Assembly: GCA_963717085.1 (NCBI GenBank) | Contig: CAVQVM010000023.1 | Span: 210,627-274,626 of the forward strand | Reading direction: 5' to 3' | Length of the DNA stretch: 64,000 bases | DNA from: an uncultured bacterium | GTDB taxonomy: Bacteria > Actinomycetota > Acidimicrobiia > Acidimicrobiales > VFJN01 | Shown: in pieces, positions 1 through 9,550 of the stretch | How the letters are laid out: every line of letters begins with the position of its first letter | Numbering within the stretch: position 1 is the first letter of the stretch | Position numbers and translations under genes: made by a program | The notes under the pieces: model-generated | Seen by the model: the letters and a program-made list of their open reading frames with translations, nothing else | What the model was told of the DNA's origin: nothing | Databases searched by the model: none

Positions 1-73
1 CGACCACGGTCCAGCCCTGCTCGGCGATGCGGTCGGCGTGGCTCGTCAGTTCCTCGGCCGTCAGCGTCCGCAT
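1..73 (-). CDS. 5' end of a gene running off the window edge; possibly phytanoyl-CoA dioxygenase family
   Basis: ATG at 73 reads MRTLTAEELTSHADRIAEQGWTVV with GC-rich codon usage. The ending resembles the N-terminus of PhyH-family proteins. Only 24 aa are visible. Confidence 0.35.
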   Translation of the reverse strand, partial: MRTLTAEELTSHADRIAEQGWTVV

Positions 74-97
74 GGGCGGAACTCTAGGTTGCGTGCC

Positions 98-373
98 GTG
101 TCGGACCTGACGCCGTTCGAGGAGGCGGTGGTGGCCGTAGTCAGCTCGCTCGTTCCCGGTGACGTCGTGACCTACGGCGAGGTCGCCGCCGAGGCCGGCT
201 ACCCGGGACGGGCCCGCGCCGTCGGCCGCATCCTGGCCACCAGCGACCTGGACCTCCCGTGGTGGCGGGTGGTCACCTCCACCGGCCGGCTGGTCCCCGG
301 TCACGAGGTCGAACATGCCCGGCGGCTCCGGGCCGAGGGCGTCCCGGTCACGGACGGGCACGTGCGGCCCTAG
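98..373 (+). CDS. Alkyltransferase-like (ATL/MGMT family) DNA-binding protein
   Basis: GDVVTYGEVA...RARAVG...PWWRVV. Trp replaces the catalytic Cys of the PCHRV motif, which defines ATLs. GTG start estimated. Confidence 0.85.
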   Translation: MSDLTPFEEAVVAVVSSLVPGDVVTYGEVAAEAGYPGRARAVGRILATSDLDLPWWRVVTSTGRLVPGHEVEHARRLRAEGVPVTDGHVRP

Positions 374-408
374 TGGGATCCCGGCGGACATCGGCGAAAC
401 TCACCTCG

Positions 409-2004
409 ATGGTGGTCGCCACGGATCTCGACGCTGGCAGCTACAGCGACACCCCGCCCTGGACGCTCGACGACCCCACGGCCCTGGCCTGGCGGTGGGA
501 CCTGGCCGACGTGCGGTCCCGGGTGGTGGCCGAGGTGCCCCGGTTAACCCGCCCGGGACGGTGGCCGCCCGGCCGCCGCGTGCTCACCGTCACCCACCGG
601 CTGGGCGCGGCCCTGGCGCTGTGGGCGATGCGCGAGCGGCGATCCGACGCGCCGGAGGTCCGCCGGGCCGGCATCTCCCGCCGCCTCCGCCTGGCCGCGG
701 AGCGCCTGGGGCCGACGTACATCAAGCTGGGGCAGATCATCTCCGCGGGCGAGGGCATCTTCCCCGCCGAACTGGTGGATGAGTTCAAGCTGTGCCGCGA
801 CCAGGTGCCGGCCGAGCCGTTCCGCGTCGTGCGCCAGGTCATCGAGGAGGACCTGGGCCGCCCACTTGACCACACGTTCCGCTGGGTCGACCGCAGCCCG
901 CTGGCCGCCGCCTCGATCGCCCAGGTCCACGCCGCCACCCTGCGCACCGGCGAGAGCGTGGTCGTCAAGGTCCAGCGGCCGGCCGTCGCCCGGCTCGTGC
1001 GCGACGACCTGCGGGTCATGGCCTGGCTGGCCCCCAAGCTGGTCGGGCGCATTCCGGTCACCGCGCTGGCCAACCCGCCGGCGCTGGTGGAGCTGTTCGC
1101 GCAGACCATCGCCGAGGAGCTCGACTTCCGCCTCGAGGCCGAGAACATGGTGGACCTGGCCCGCACCTTCGCCGAGCTCGGCCAGCGGGGTTACGTCGTC
1201 CCCCGACCCCACCCCGAGCTGGTCACCCGCCGGGTCCTGGTCATGGAGCGGCTCGACGGCTTCCGCTTCGACGACGTGGCCGGCATGCGCGGCGCCGGGG
1301 TCGACACCGAGGCGGTGGTCCGCACCGGCATGATCGCCACGCTCGAGGGGGCGATCCTCAAGGGGATCTTCCACGGCGACCTCCACGGGGGAAACCTGTT
1401 CGTCCAGCCCGACGGGCGCACGGCCCTGCTCGACTTCGGCATCACCGGCCGGCTCGACGAGCTTCGGCGCCAGGCGTTCCTGCGGCTGCTCATGGGGGGA
1501 GCCGGCAACGACGTCCTGGCGCAGCTGGCCGCCCTGCGCGACCTGGGTGCGTTGCCGCCGGGAACCGACCTGGAAGCGCTGGTGCGCGAGCTCCGCCTCG
1601 ACCAACCGCCGGTCGACCCTACGACCATGTCGGGCGAACAGCTGGTGGCAGAGATCCAGCAGGTGATGAAGGCGCTGCTCGGCATCGGCGCCCGCTTCCC
1701 CAAGGAGCTGATGCTGTTCGTCAAGAACCTCGTGTTCCTGGACGGTGCCATCGCCCGGCTGGCGCCCGACCTCGACATCTTCGCCGAGATCGCCAGCATC
1801 TCGATCTACTTCGCCACCCACCACGGCGACCGCATCGCCGCGGACGTCGGCATCGACCCTCGCGCCATTGAGCTCGACATGACCGGCGTCAAGGCCAGCT
1901 TCGGCATCTCCGACGACACCGAAGGCCTGACCCACCGCCAGCTGCAGCAGCGGCGTGAGACCATCCGGCGGAACCTCGCACGACGGCGGACGGGGCGCGG
2001 CTAG
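409..2004 (+). CDS. AarF/ABC1/UbiB family atypical protein kinase
   Basis: GPTYIKLGQ, AAASIAQVH, VVVKVQRP, FHGDLHGGN and DFG motifs. Confidence 0.9.
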   Translation: MVVATDLDAGSYSDTPPWTLDDPTALAWRWDLADVRSRVVAEVPRLTRPGRWPPGRRVLTVTHRLGAALALWAMRERRSDAPEVRRAGISRRLRLAAERLGPTYIKLGQIISAGEGIFPAELVDEFKLCRDQVPAEPFRVVRQVIEEDLGRPLDHTFRWVDRSPLAAASIAQVHAATLRTGESVVVKVQRPAVARLVRDDLRVMAWLAPKLVGRIPVTALANPPALVELFAQTIAEELDFRLEAENMVDLARTFAELGQRGYVVPRPHPELVTRRVLVMERLDGFRFDDVAGMRGAGVDTEAVVRTGMIATLEGAILKGIFHGDLHGGNLFVQPDGRTALLDFGITGRLDELRRQAFLRLLMGGAGNDVLAQLAALRDLGALPPGTDLEALVRELRLDQPPVDPTTMSGEQLVAEIQQVMKALLGIGARFPKELMLFVKNLVFLDGAIARLAPDLDIFAEIASISIYFATHHGDRIAADVGIDPRAIELDMTGVKASFGISDDTEGLTHRQLQQRRETIRRNLARRRTGRG

Positions 2005-2033
2005 CCGGCATTGGCCGCGTCTAGCCTCCGGCG

Positions 2034-2708
2034 ATGCGCCTGGTCGTGGCCCGCTGTTCCGTCGACTACGCGGGCCGGCTCGAGGCCCACCTGCCCCCGG
2101 CCCCCCGCCTCATCATGGTCAAGGCCGACGGCTGCGTGGCGATCCACGCCGACGGCGGTGCGTACAAGCCACTCAACTGGATGAACGCGCCCAACACAGT
2201 GAGCGAGTCGATCGACGACGGGGGCCAGGCCGTGTGGACGGTCCGCTCCCCCAAGGGGGAGACCCTCACGATCACGCTCCACGAGGTCGTGTCCGACACG
2301 AGCCACGACCTGGGTACCGACCCCGGGCTGTGGAAGGACGGCGTCGAGTCCCACCTGCAGGAGCTGCTGGCGGCGAACTGCGGTGCCATCGCCCCCGGGT
2401 TACGCCTCGTCCGCCGCGAGTACCCGACCGACATCGGCCCCGTCGACCTGCTGTGCCGCGACGCCGATGGGAACGCGGTCGCGATCGAGATCAAGCGCCG
2501 GGGAGAGATCGACGGGGTCGAACAGCTGGCGCGCTACGTCGAGTTCCTCGAGCGCGACCCGCGGCTGCGCCCGGTGCGCGGCATGTTCGTCGCTCAGCAG
2601 ATCAAGCAGCAGGCGCGGGTGTTGGCGACCCAGCGCGACATCGCCTGTGTCGAGGTCGACTACGACGTGCTGCGGGGCATCGAGCCCGATGCCCTGCGCT
2701 TGTTCTAG
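2034..2708 (+). CDS. nucS: Endonuclease NucS (EndoMS mismatch endonuclease)
   Basis: [46 protein letters not shown] and [14 protein letters not shown] match actinobacterial NucS. Confidence 0.95.
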   Translation: MRLVVARCSVDYAGRLEAHLPPAPRLIMVKADGCVAIHADGGAYKPLNWMNAPNTVSESIDDGGQAVWTVRSPKGETLTITLHEVVSDTSHDLGTDPGLWKDGVESHLQELLAANCGAIAPGLRLVRREYPTDIGPVDLLCRDADGNAVAIEIKRRGEIDGVEQLARYVEFLERDPRLRPVRGMFVAQQIKQQARVLATQRDIACVEVDYDVLRGIEPDALRLF

Positions 2709-3565
2709 TGGGCGCCGTCGAACGCAACGGAACCGGCGTCGAGGACGACCCGCCCGTCGGGCCCCACGGTTTGGAACAAGGCCTCGCCCTCGCCCCCGCG
2801 CCACACCCGGACGGTGAGCGCTTCGCCGGGGAACACGGGGCTGGAGAAGCGGCCGCTCATGGACCGGAAGCGCGCCGGGTCGCCCCCACACAGGGCGTGC
2901 AGCAAGGCCCGGCCGGTGAACCCGTAGGTGCACAGGCCGTGGAGGATGGGCCGCGGGAAACCGGCCATGGCTGCGAACTTGGGGTCCGAGTGCAGCGGAT
3001 TGCGGTCGCCCGACAGCCGGTACGTCAGCGCCTGGTCGACCCGCGTCGGGTACGTGACCTCGTGGTCGGGGTCCCGGTCGGGAACGGCGAACGTCGATGA
3101 CGGGCCTCGGTCGCCGCCCCAGCCGCCCTCGCCCCGGATGAACAGGCCCGAACGGCTCGTGAAGAGCGGTTCGCCGTCGGCCACCAGGGTCGACATCGAC
3201 TCGAGGACCACCAGAGCCCCCGAGCCCTTGTCGTGGATCCCGACGATCTCGGAGATCGACTCGATCCCGCCGTCGACCGGGATCTCCCGTGCCAGCGAAA
3301 TGGCCTGTTCGCCGTGGACCAGCATGGCGGGGTTGAAGTTGCCCAGGGCTCCGAAGACCCCGCCTCCGCCGCCGAGAACTACAGCCATGGTGGGCAGCGC
3401 CCGCTGCTCGACGTCCTGGCTGTTCTCGGTGGTGAACGCCAGCTCCTGGGACGGGTCGTCGGCGCCGGCGCCCACCCCAACCGCATAGAGCAGGCAGTCC
3501 TTCGAGGTCCAGGCGTGGCGCACGGGCTCGGACCTGGCGCCGACGGCATCGTGGTTGATGGGCAT
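2705..3565 (-). CDS. MaoC-family (R)-specific enoyl-CoA hydratase 2 (double hot-dog)
   Basis: Hydratase-2 motif [17 protein letters not shown], plus LHGLCTYG and HGEQ. C-terminal part of track ORF 2705..4135. Confidence 0.9.
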   Translation of the reverse strand: MPINHDAVGARSEPVRHAWTSKDCLLYAVGVGAGADDPSQELAFTTENSQDVEQRALPTMAVVLGGGGGVFGALGNFNPAMLVHGEQAISLAREIPVDGGIESISEIVGIHDKGSGALVVLESMSTLVADGEPLFTSRSGLFIRGEGGWGGDRGPSSTFAVPDRDPDHEVTYPTRVDQALTYRLSGDRNPLHSDPKFAAMAGFPRPILHGLCTYGFTGRALLHALCGGDPARFRSMSGRFSSPVFPGEALTVRVWRGGEGEALFQTVGPDGRVVLDAGSVAFDGAH

Positions 3566-3576
3566 GCTGGCCTCCC

Positions 3577-4479
3577 TCAGGTCTCGTCGTAGCCGAACAT
3601 GTTGGCGTTGGGCCGTGCCTGGGCGACCAGGTCCGTGATGGCGTGGCCGAGGACCTCCGGGTCGGCGTCGGGCCTTTCGATCGACGGGCCCCGGTGCCAG
3701 CCCTCGGAAACGGAGATCATGCGACCGCTCACGTCGAACACCCGACCGCTGACACCGGCGGACAGCGGGCTTGCAAGCCAACACACGATCGGCGCGATGT
3801 GGTGGGGGGCCATCTCCTCCTTGCCCTCGTCGGTCAGCTGGCCCATGCCCAGGTCGGCGGTCATCCGTGTCAGGGCCGCCGGGGCGACGGCGTTGACGGT
3901 GACGCCATAGCGGGCCAGCTCCTTGGCGGCGATGATCGTGAACGCCGCGATCCCCGCCTTGGCGGCGCCGTAGTTGGTCTGGCCGACGTTGCCGTAGATG
4001 CCCGACGGTGACGAGGTGTTGACGATGCGGGCGTCGAGGGTGTCGCCGGCCTTGGAGCGCTCGCGCCAGTGGTTGGCGGCGAAGTGCGACGGACCGAATG
4101 TGCCCTTGAGGTGAACCCTGATGACGGCGTCCCACTCGGCCTCGCTCATGTTGACGAGCATGCGGTCGCGCAGGATGCCGGCGTTGTTGACGAGGACGTC
4201 GAGGCGCCCGAACGCCTCGATGGCCGTGCCGACGAGCTTCTCGGCCCCGGCGAAATCGCTGACGTCGTCGTTGTTGGCGACCGCTTGACCACCCTGCGTA
4301 GTGATCTCGTCGACCACGTCGTGGGCTGGGCCGGTGTCGTTGCCGGTGCCGTCCATCGAGCCACCGAGGTCGTTGACGACCACCCTGGCGCCCTGAGCGG
4401 CGAGCAGCAGCGCGTGCTCGCGCCCGATGCCCCGGCCCGCCCCGGTCACGATCGCGACTCGATCGTCACAGATGCCCAT
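3577..4479 (-). CDS. SDR family oxidoreductase (MFE-2-like 3-hydroxyacyl-CoA dehydrogenase type)
   Basis: TGAGRGIG, NNAGILRD and catalytic YGAAK motifs. Confidence 0.92.
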   Translation of the reverse strand: MGICDDRVAIVTGAGRGIGREHALLLAAQGARVVVNDLGGSMDGTGNDTGPAHDVVDEITTQGGQAVANNDDVSDFAGAEKLVGTAIEAFGRLDVLVNNAGILRDRMLVNMSEAEWDAVIRVHLKGTFGPSHFAANHWRERSKAGDTLDARIVNTSSPSGIYGNVGQTNYGAAKAGIAAFTIIAAKELARYGVTVNAVAPAALTRMTADLGMGQLTDEGKEEMAPHHIAPIVCWLASPLSAGVSGRVFDVSGRMISVSEGWHRGPSIERPDADPEVLGHAITDLVAQARPNANMFGYDET

Positions 4480-4554
4480 CGGCCACGTCCCCCTTCGGCT
4501 ATGCCACCTGATCTTTCAACCCGCTGGGAACGTAGCAGCGCGACACTGGATGGC

Positions 4555-4686
4555 GTGACCGACGTGCACCAATGCCCCTACTGCGAGCTGCGGTTCAGGT
4601 CGCGCAATGAGCTCGAGGACCACGTCTCCTGCGACCATCCGCGAGAGCTCGACGACGACTCCGACCCGCGCACCCCCCGACCATGA
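4555..4686 (+). CDS. Small C2H2 zinc-finger protein (43 aa)
   Basis: GTG start gives MTDVHQCPYCELRFRSRNELEDHVSCDHPRELDDDSDPRTPRP, which contains C-x2-C-x3-F-x5-L-x2-H-x4-H. It sits in an otherwise empty intergenic gap. Confidence 0.65.
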   Translation: MTDVHQCPYCELRFRSRNELEDHVSCDHPRELDDDSDPRTPRP

Positions 4687-4718
4687 CGATCCCGTAACAG
4701 ATCCCGTTTTCGCGCGGG

Positions 4719-7109
4719 GTGTGGTCAAGGGCGGTTAGAACCACGCGGCCACACGTGGCAGGGTGGTGTCCTGTGGACGGGAATGAAGCCACGCCCGGCT
4801 CTCGCCGGGCGGGTGCTGGGGCGCCCAGGGACGAACTCCAGGCACCGGCGCGCGTCGGCGCGCCCACGGACGCGCCGCCATCGGCGGAGCCGACCGGTGG
4901 CGACACGCCTACCGACGAGCCACCCAGCGGGGCTGCGCCCGCTGACGAGCGCGCCAGCGGCGAACCAACCGCCGACGACCCGATCCTGAGCGAACCGTCC
5001 GACGACGACTCCTCCCCGAACGACTCGACCACCGACGACGACTCCTCCCCGAACGACTCGACCACCGACGACGACTCCTCCCCGAACGACTCGACCACCG
5101 ACGACGACTCCTCCCCGAACGACTCGACCACCGACGACGACTCCTCCCCGAACGACTCGACCACCGAGGCGGCCCCGATCTTCGACCTGCCGGACCACGG
5201 AGCCGACGGGGATGCCGACGACAAGCCCTCCGGCAACGGCACCCGGACCCTGGTCCTCGGCGGGGCCGCCGCGGCCGAGGGCCGGACCACCGGGCCGAAC
5301 CCCCGCATCGCCGGTCCCCTGCCGGCCGAGCCACGGCACGCGGCGGGCGGCAACGGCCGTGCCGGCGTCGATGAGGAGGCACCCACCGGCCGCCATTTCC
5401 GCGTGTCGTCGTCCACCGACGGTCGCGGCGGCGGGCCGCCGCGGTGGGCGCTGGCCCTCGTGGCCCTCCCGGTGCTCGTCCTGGTGGTCCTGCTCGTCGC
5501 CTGGGCGATCGACACGGCCGCCCTGTCCGGTCAGGTGCGACGCAACGTCGAGGTGGCCGGCCGTCCCGTAGGCGGCCTGGGCGAGGCATCGCTCCCCGAG
5601 GTGATGAACAGCATCGCCGAGGAGGTGGCGGCCCGACCGGTGCGGATCACAAGCGACGACAAGGTGTACGAGACGACCGCCGGGGAGATCGGGCTGGCCC
5701 TCGACGAACAGGCGACATCCGAGGCCGCGCTCGACGTCGGTCGTGACGATCACCTGTTCATGCAGCCGTTCTCGTGGCTCCGGTCGTTCTTCACGCCCCG
5801 GGACGTCGACGTCCGGTACACCGTCAGCGGCCCCACTGCGACCGCGAAGATCGTGGAGCTGCAGGGCGCCGACCGCACTGCGCCGCGCGACCCCACCATC
5901 ACGTTGGGCGAAGAGGGTTGGGCCGTCGTGCCGGGCACCCCGGGTCAGGGGCTCGACACCGGAACGCTGATCGACGAGCTGCCCGACGCGGCCGCCGAGT
6001 CACGGACCGGCACGATCGAGGTCGCGGTCGGCTCGGCGCCGGTGGCCCCGACCCTCACCGACGCGCAGGCCCAGGAGCAGGCCGACCGGGCGAACCAGAT
6101 GACCGCCAATGGGCTGCAGCTCACGGTGGCCGGCGCCACCAAGACCGTGCCGGCCGCGCAGGTCCGCACGTGGATCGCGCCGACCGCCGAGAGCGGCGAG
6201 CTCGGGTTGGCGGTCAACAAGGCCGCGGTCGACAAGGCGCTGCCCGGCGTCTTCGCCGACATCATCGCCCCGGCGCAGAACGCCCGCATCGTGCTCGGCG
6301 CCAACGGCCCCACGGTCGTCCCGTCGCAACAGGGCGTTTCCTGCTGCGGTGCCGACAGTGCCGAGCGGGTCTGGACGGCGCTGAGCGACGGCCAGCCGGG
6401 AACCGAGCTCGAGGCGACGACGACCGAACCCTCCCTCACCACCGAAGCGGCCCAGGGCCTGGGTGTGGCACGGCCGGTCTGCGGCAACAACGCCTGGCGG
6501 AACGGTGCTGCCACCACGGCAGGTCCGGGGTTCACCACCTGGTACAACCCCGGCGAGCCGCGCGTCACCAACATCCACCGCATCGCGGAGATCGTCGACG
6601 GCACCCTGGTGTTGCCGGGACAGCCGTTCTCGATGAACGACGTCGTCGGCCCGCGCACCCTCGAGAAGGGGTTCGTGGTGGCTGGCGCCATCCGAGACGG
6701 CAAGCACGTGGACGAGGTGGGGGGTGGCGTGTCGCAGTTCGCGACCACGACCTTCAACGCCGCCTACTTCTGCGGCCTCGACATCACCACCTATCAGTCG
6801 CATTCCGAGTGGTTCCCCCGCTACCCGCGCGGGCGTGAGGCCACGATGGGGTACCCGGCACCGAACCTGGCGTTTGTCAACGACACGCCATTCGGCATCC
6901 TCATCGACACCTCGTACACGGACACCAGCATCACCGTGACCATGTGGTCGAGCCCGTATGCCCGCGGCGAACAGGTGGGCCTTTCCGAATCCACGTCCGG
7001 CGCCTGCAAGGTCGTCACCACCACCCGCCGCATCGCCTACCCCGACAAGCCGCCGGCCACCGACACCTTCACCGCCACGTACCGCCCGGGACCGGATCAG
7101 CCCTGCTGA
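4719..7109 (+). CDS. VanW-domain membrane-anchored protein with peptidoglycan-binding-like repeats and a disordered acidic N-terminus
   Basis: One TM segment (WALALVALPVLVLVVLLVAW). C-terminal VanW motifs FSMNDVVGPRT..KGF, VGGGVSQFATT, RGREATMGYP. Exact start uncertain. Confidence 0.85.
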   Translation: MWSRAVRTTRPHVAGWCPVDGNEATPGSRRAGAGAPRDELQAPARVGAPTDAPPSAEPTGGDTPTDEPPSGAAPADERASGEPTADDPILSEPSDDDSSPNDSTTDDDSSPNDSTTDDDSSPNDSTTDDDSSPNDSTTDDDSSPNDSTTEAAPIFDLPDHGADGDADDKPSGNGTRTLVLGGAAAAEGRTTGPNPRIAGPLPAEPRHAAGGNGRAGVDEEAPTGRHFRVSSSTDGRGGGPPRWALALVALPVLVLVVLLVAWAIDTAALSGQVRRNVEVAGRPVGGLGEASLPEVMNSIAEEVAARPVRITSDDKVYETTAGEIGLALDEQATSEAALDVGRDDHLFMQPFSWLRSFFTPRDVDVRYTVSGPTATAKIVELQGADRTAPRDPTITLGEEGWAVVPGTPGQGLDTGTLIDELPDAAAESRTGTIEVAVGSAPVAPTLTDAQAQEQADRANQMTANGLQLTVAGATKTVPAAQVRTWIAPTAESGELGLAVNKAAVDKALPGVFADIIAPAQNARIVLGANGPTVVPSQQGVSCCGADSAERVWTALSDGQPGTELEATTTEPSLTTEAAQGLGVARPVCGNNAWRNGAATTAGPGFTTWYNPGEPRVTNIHRIAEIVDGTLVLPGQPFSMNDVVGPRTLEKGFVVAGAIRDGKHVDEVGGGVSQFATTTFNAAYFCGLDITTYQSHSEWFPRYPRGREATMGYPAPNLAFVNDTPFGILIDTSYTDTSITVTMWSSPYARGEQVGLSESTSGACKVVTTTRRIAYPDKPPATDTFTATYRPGPDQPC
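5001..5165 (+). repeat. In-frame tandem repeat, 5 perfect copies of 33 bp (DDDSSPNDSTT)
   Basis: Unit gacgacgactcctccccgaacgactcgaccacc starts at 5001, 5034, 5067, 5100 and 5133. Confidence 0.97.
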
Positions 7110-7127
7110 GCACGTAGCGTTGAGCGG

Positions 7128-8363
7128 GTGCTCGCCGCCGACGTCGTCGTGATCGGAGGGGGCCCCGCCGGGTCGGCGGCGGCGATCGGGCTGGCCCGCG
7201 CCGGGCGGGACGTGACGCTCGTCGACCGGGCACGATTCCCCCGCGACAAGGTCTGCGGAGACGGGATCACGACCGGTGCGCTGCGCCTCCTGGAGGACCT
7301 GGGGCTCCAGCCCGGTCGCGTCGCCACGTGGCAACGCGTGGACGACGTGGTCGTGCGGGGGCCGGCGGGGCCCGAGGTGATGTTCCCGCTCCCCCGGGGC
7401 CGGGGCACCTACGCGGCGGTGGCCCGCCGGGCCGACCTCGACGCCGCGTTGCTCGACGAGGCCCGGGTCGCCGGCGTCAAGGTCCTCGACGGGCACGCGT
7501 GCGTGGGGGCGCGGGAGCACGACGACCACGTCGCGATCCGGGTCGACGGTGTGGGCGAGCTGGCCGCCGCCTATGCCGTGGCGGCCGACGGCATGTGGTC
7601 GCCCACCCGCAAGCACCTGGGCCTGGCCGCGCCGGGGTACCGGGGTGAGTGGCACGCCTTTCGCCAGTACTTCGGGGGCGTCGGTCCCCGGGCCGGGCGC
7701 GACCTGTTCGTATGGTTCGAGCCCGATCTCCTGCCCGGCTACGCCTGGTCGTTCCCGCTGCCCGGGGGCCGGGCCAACGTCGGGTTCGGCATCGTCAGGG
7801 GCGAGCGGGTCGAGCGCATCCAGGACATGGCCGGCATCTGGCGCGACCTGCTCGACCGCCCCCACATCCGTCAGGTGCTAGGCCAGGGTGCGGAGCCGGA
7901 GGCACCGCACCGGGCCTGGCCCATCCCGGCCAGGATCGACGAGGCGGTGCTCACCGGACGCCGCACGCTGTTCGTGGGTGACGCCGCCGCGGCCAGCGAC
8001 CGGCTCACGGGCGAGGGCATCGCGCAGGCGCTGTTGAGCGGCATCCTCGCCGCCGGGGCCATCGCCGGCACCGACGGCACCGGGGCCGACGGGACCGGGG
8101 GCGAGGCGCCCGGGGTGGTCACGGCGCGCTACCGCCGGGCGGTGCGCCGGGCGCTGGTGGCCGACCACCGGATGTCGATGCTGCTCATCCGGGCGGTGCG
8201 CCACCGCCGGGGCGTGCGTGCGGGACTGGGGTTGGCCGGCGCCACCGAATGGACGCGGCGCAACTTCGCCCGCTGGTTGTTCGAGGACTACCCCCGCGCG
8301 GTGTTGGCGACGCCGCGCCGCTGGCATCGAGGCATGTTCAGCGGACCGGGTGCGTATCGCTGA
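7128..8363 (+). CDS. Geranylgeranyl-reductase-family FAD-dependent oxidoreductase
   Basis: [28 protein letters not shown] and GEGI motifs. Confidence 0.88.
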   Translation: MLAADVVVIGGGPAGSAAAIGLARAGRDVTLVDRARFPRDKVCGDGITTGALRLLEDLGLQPGRVATWQRVDDVVVRGPAGPEVMFPLPRGRGTYAAVARRADLDAALLDEARVAGVKVLDGHACVGAREHDDHVAIRVDGVGELAAAYAVAADGMWSPTRKHLGLAAPGYRGEWHAFRQYFGGVGPRAGRDLFVWFEPDLLPGYAWSFPLPGGRANVGFGIVRGERVERIQDMAGIWRDLLDRPHIRQVLGQGAEPEAPHRAWPIPARIDEAVLTGRRTLFVGDAAAASDRLTGEGIAQALLSGILAAGAIAGTDGTGADGTGGEAPGVVTARYRRAVRRALVADHRMSMLLIRAVRHRRGVRAGLGLAGATEWTRRNFARWLFEDYPRAVLATPRRWHRGMFSGPGAYR

Positions 8364-8368
8364 GCCTC

Positions 8369-8824
8369 GTGGTTCCCGCCTCCCTCCTGCCGCACCTGCG
8401 CAACGCCCGGGATCTCGCCGACCGGCACTTCCGCTCGCCGCTCGACCTCGACGCCCTCGCTGGCGCCGCCCACGTCTCGAAGTACCACTTCGCCCGGTGC
8501 TTCACCGAGACCTACGGCGAGACCCCGATGCGCTACCTCACCCGCAGGCGGATCGAGCGGGCCCAGGACCTCCTGCGGTCGGCCAACCTCACCATCACCG
8601 AGGTCTGCATGATGGTGGGCTTCACCAGCCTCGGATCGTTCTCGTCGCGCTTCCGGGACCTGGTGGGTGAGACGCCGACGCAGTACCGCGATCGCTGGGC
8701 GGAGCGGGGCGAACCGCGCATACCTGGCTGCTTCCTGTTCATGCGTGGCATCGACGGCTGGCCCGGCGGGCAGCGAGCGCAGGAGAGCAATCTGGGAGAA
8801 GCATCCGCGCCGGACGATCCCTAG
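8369..8824 (+). CDS. AraC-family transcriptional regulator (HTH-only)
   Basis: ARDLADRHF, SKYHFARCF, ITEVCMMVGFTSLGSFSSRF. GTG start estimated. Confidence 0.88.
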   Translation: MVPASLLPHLRNARDLADRHFRSPLDLDALAGAAHVSKYHFARCFTETYGETPMRYLTRRRIERAQDLLRSANLTITEVCMMVGFTSLGSFSSRFRDLVGETPTQYRDRWAERGEPRIPGCFLFMRGIDGWPGGQRAQESNLGEASAPDDP

Positions 8825-8834
8825 GTTCGCACCC

Positions 8835-9266
8835 ATGATCACGAACGTCTCACTTGCGACCGTCTGGGTGACCGACCAGGACGAGGCCAAGGTCTTCTAC
8901 GTCGACACGCTCGGCTTCCAGGAGCACACCGACATCACGATGGGCGACGGCTACCGGTGGCTCACCGTCAGCCACCCCGATCATCCCGAGCTGGAGCTCA
9001 CGCTCATGAAGCCGGGGCCGCCCCTCGACGAGGAGGACGCCGCAACCTTCCGGAGGATGCTCGGCAAGGGCTCACTGGGTGCCGTCGGTCTCGCCACCGA
9101 CGACTGCCGGAAGACCCACGAGGAGCTCGCCGCCAAGGGGGTGACGTTCATCCAGGAACCCGCCGACCGCCCCTACGGCGTCGAGGCCATCCTGCGAGAC
9201 AACTCGGGCAACTGGCTCGTGCTGGTCGAGCAGAAGCCGTACTCGGGTGAGGACATCCCCCACTGA
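8835..9266 (+). CDS. VOC/glyoxalase family protein
   Basis: VWVTDQDEAKVFY, RWLTV, EPADRPYGVEA, RDNSGN. AraC plus VOC is a common actinobacterial pair. Confidence 0.9.
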   Translation: MITNVSLATVWVTDQDEAKVFYVDTLGFQEHTDITMGDGYRWLTVSHPDHPELELTLMKPGPPLDEEDAATFRRMLGKGSLGAVGLATDDCRKTHEELAAKGVTFIQEPADRPYGVEAILRDNSGNWLVLVEQKPYSGEDIPH

Positions 9267-9448
9267 CCCCGGGGTGCCGCCGGCAATCTGATCTTCCAGA
9301 CCGCGACACCGAACGTTCATCTCGGACTCACCGTCACGCCACCCTTCGCCCCTAGGGTGCCGCTGCAGCGCTCGGTGTCGGTGCACCCCCTCCACCAGCA
9401 CCCGCACGAGCTTGCACGGTGGCTACCCAGCGGCGGTTGTAACCACCA

Positions 9449-9488
9449 GCATCCGGCGCACCCGCTACCCCCTGGGTGCGCCGGATGC
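9449..9488. repeat. Perfect 15-bp-stem hairpin (REP-like or terminator)
   Basis: gcatccggcgcaccc - 10-nt loop - gggtgcgccggatgc in the intergenic gap. Confidence 0.75.
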
Positions 9489-9512
9489 GCGTCTCGGGCG
9501 CGATCGGCCGCA

Positions 9513-9530
9513 CTTGACCCGGCGGTCAAG
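9513..9530. promoter_or_regulatory. Palindromic candidate operator overlapping a -35-like TTGACC
   Basis: CTTGACC-cggc-GGTCAAG, ending 20 bp before the ATG at 9551. Confidence 0.55.
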
Positions 9531-9550
9531 GTGCGACCAGCATCCCTGGC

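Noticed and set aside
5001-5165. 33-bp repeats as a possible CRISPR array
   Set aside because: Units are contiguous with no spacers, keep the reading frame of a CDS, and have no cas genes nearby.
4719-7109. VanW gene as evidence of vancomycin resistance
   Set aside because: VanW-domain proteins are widespread cell-envelope proteins, and no vanHAX or vanRS genes are present.
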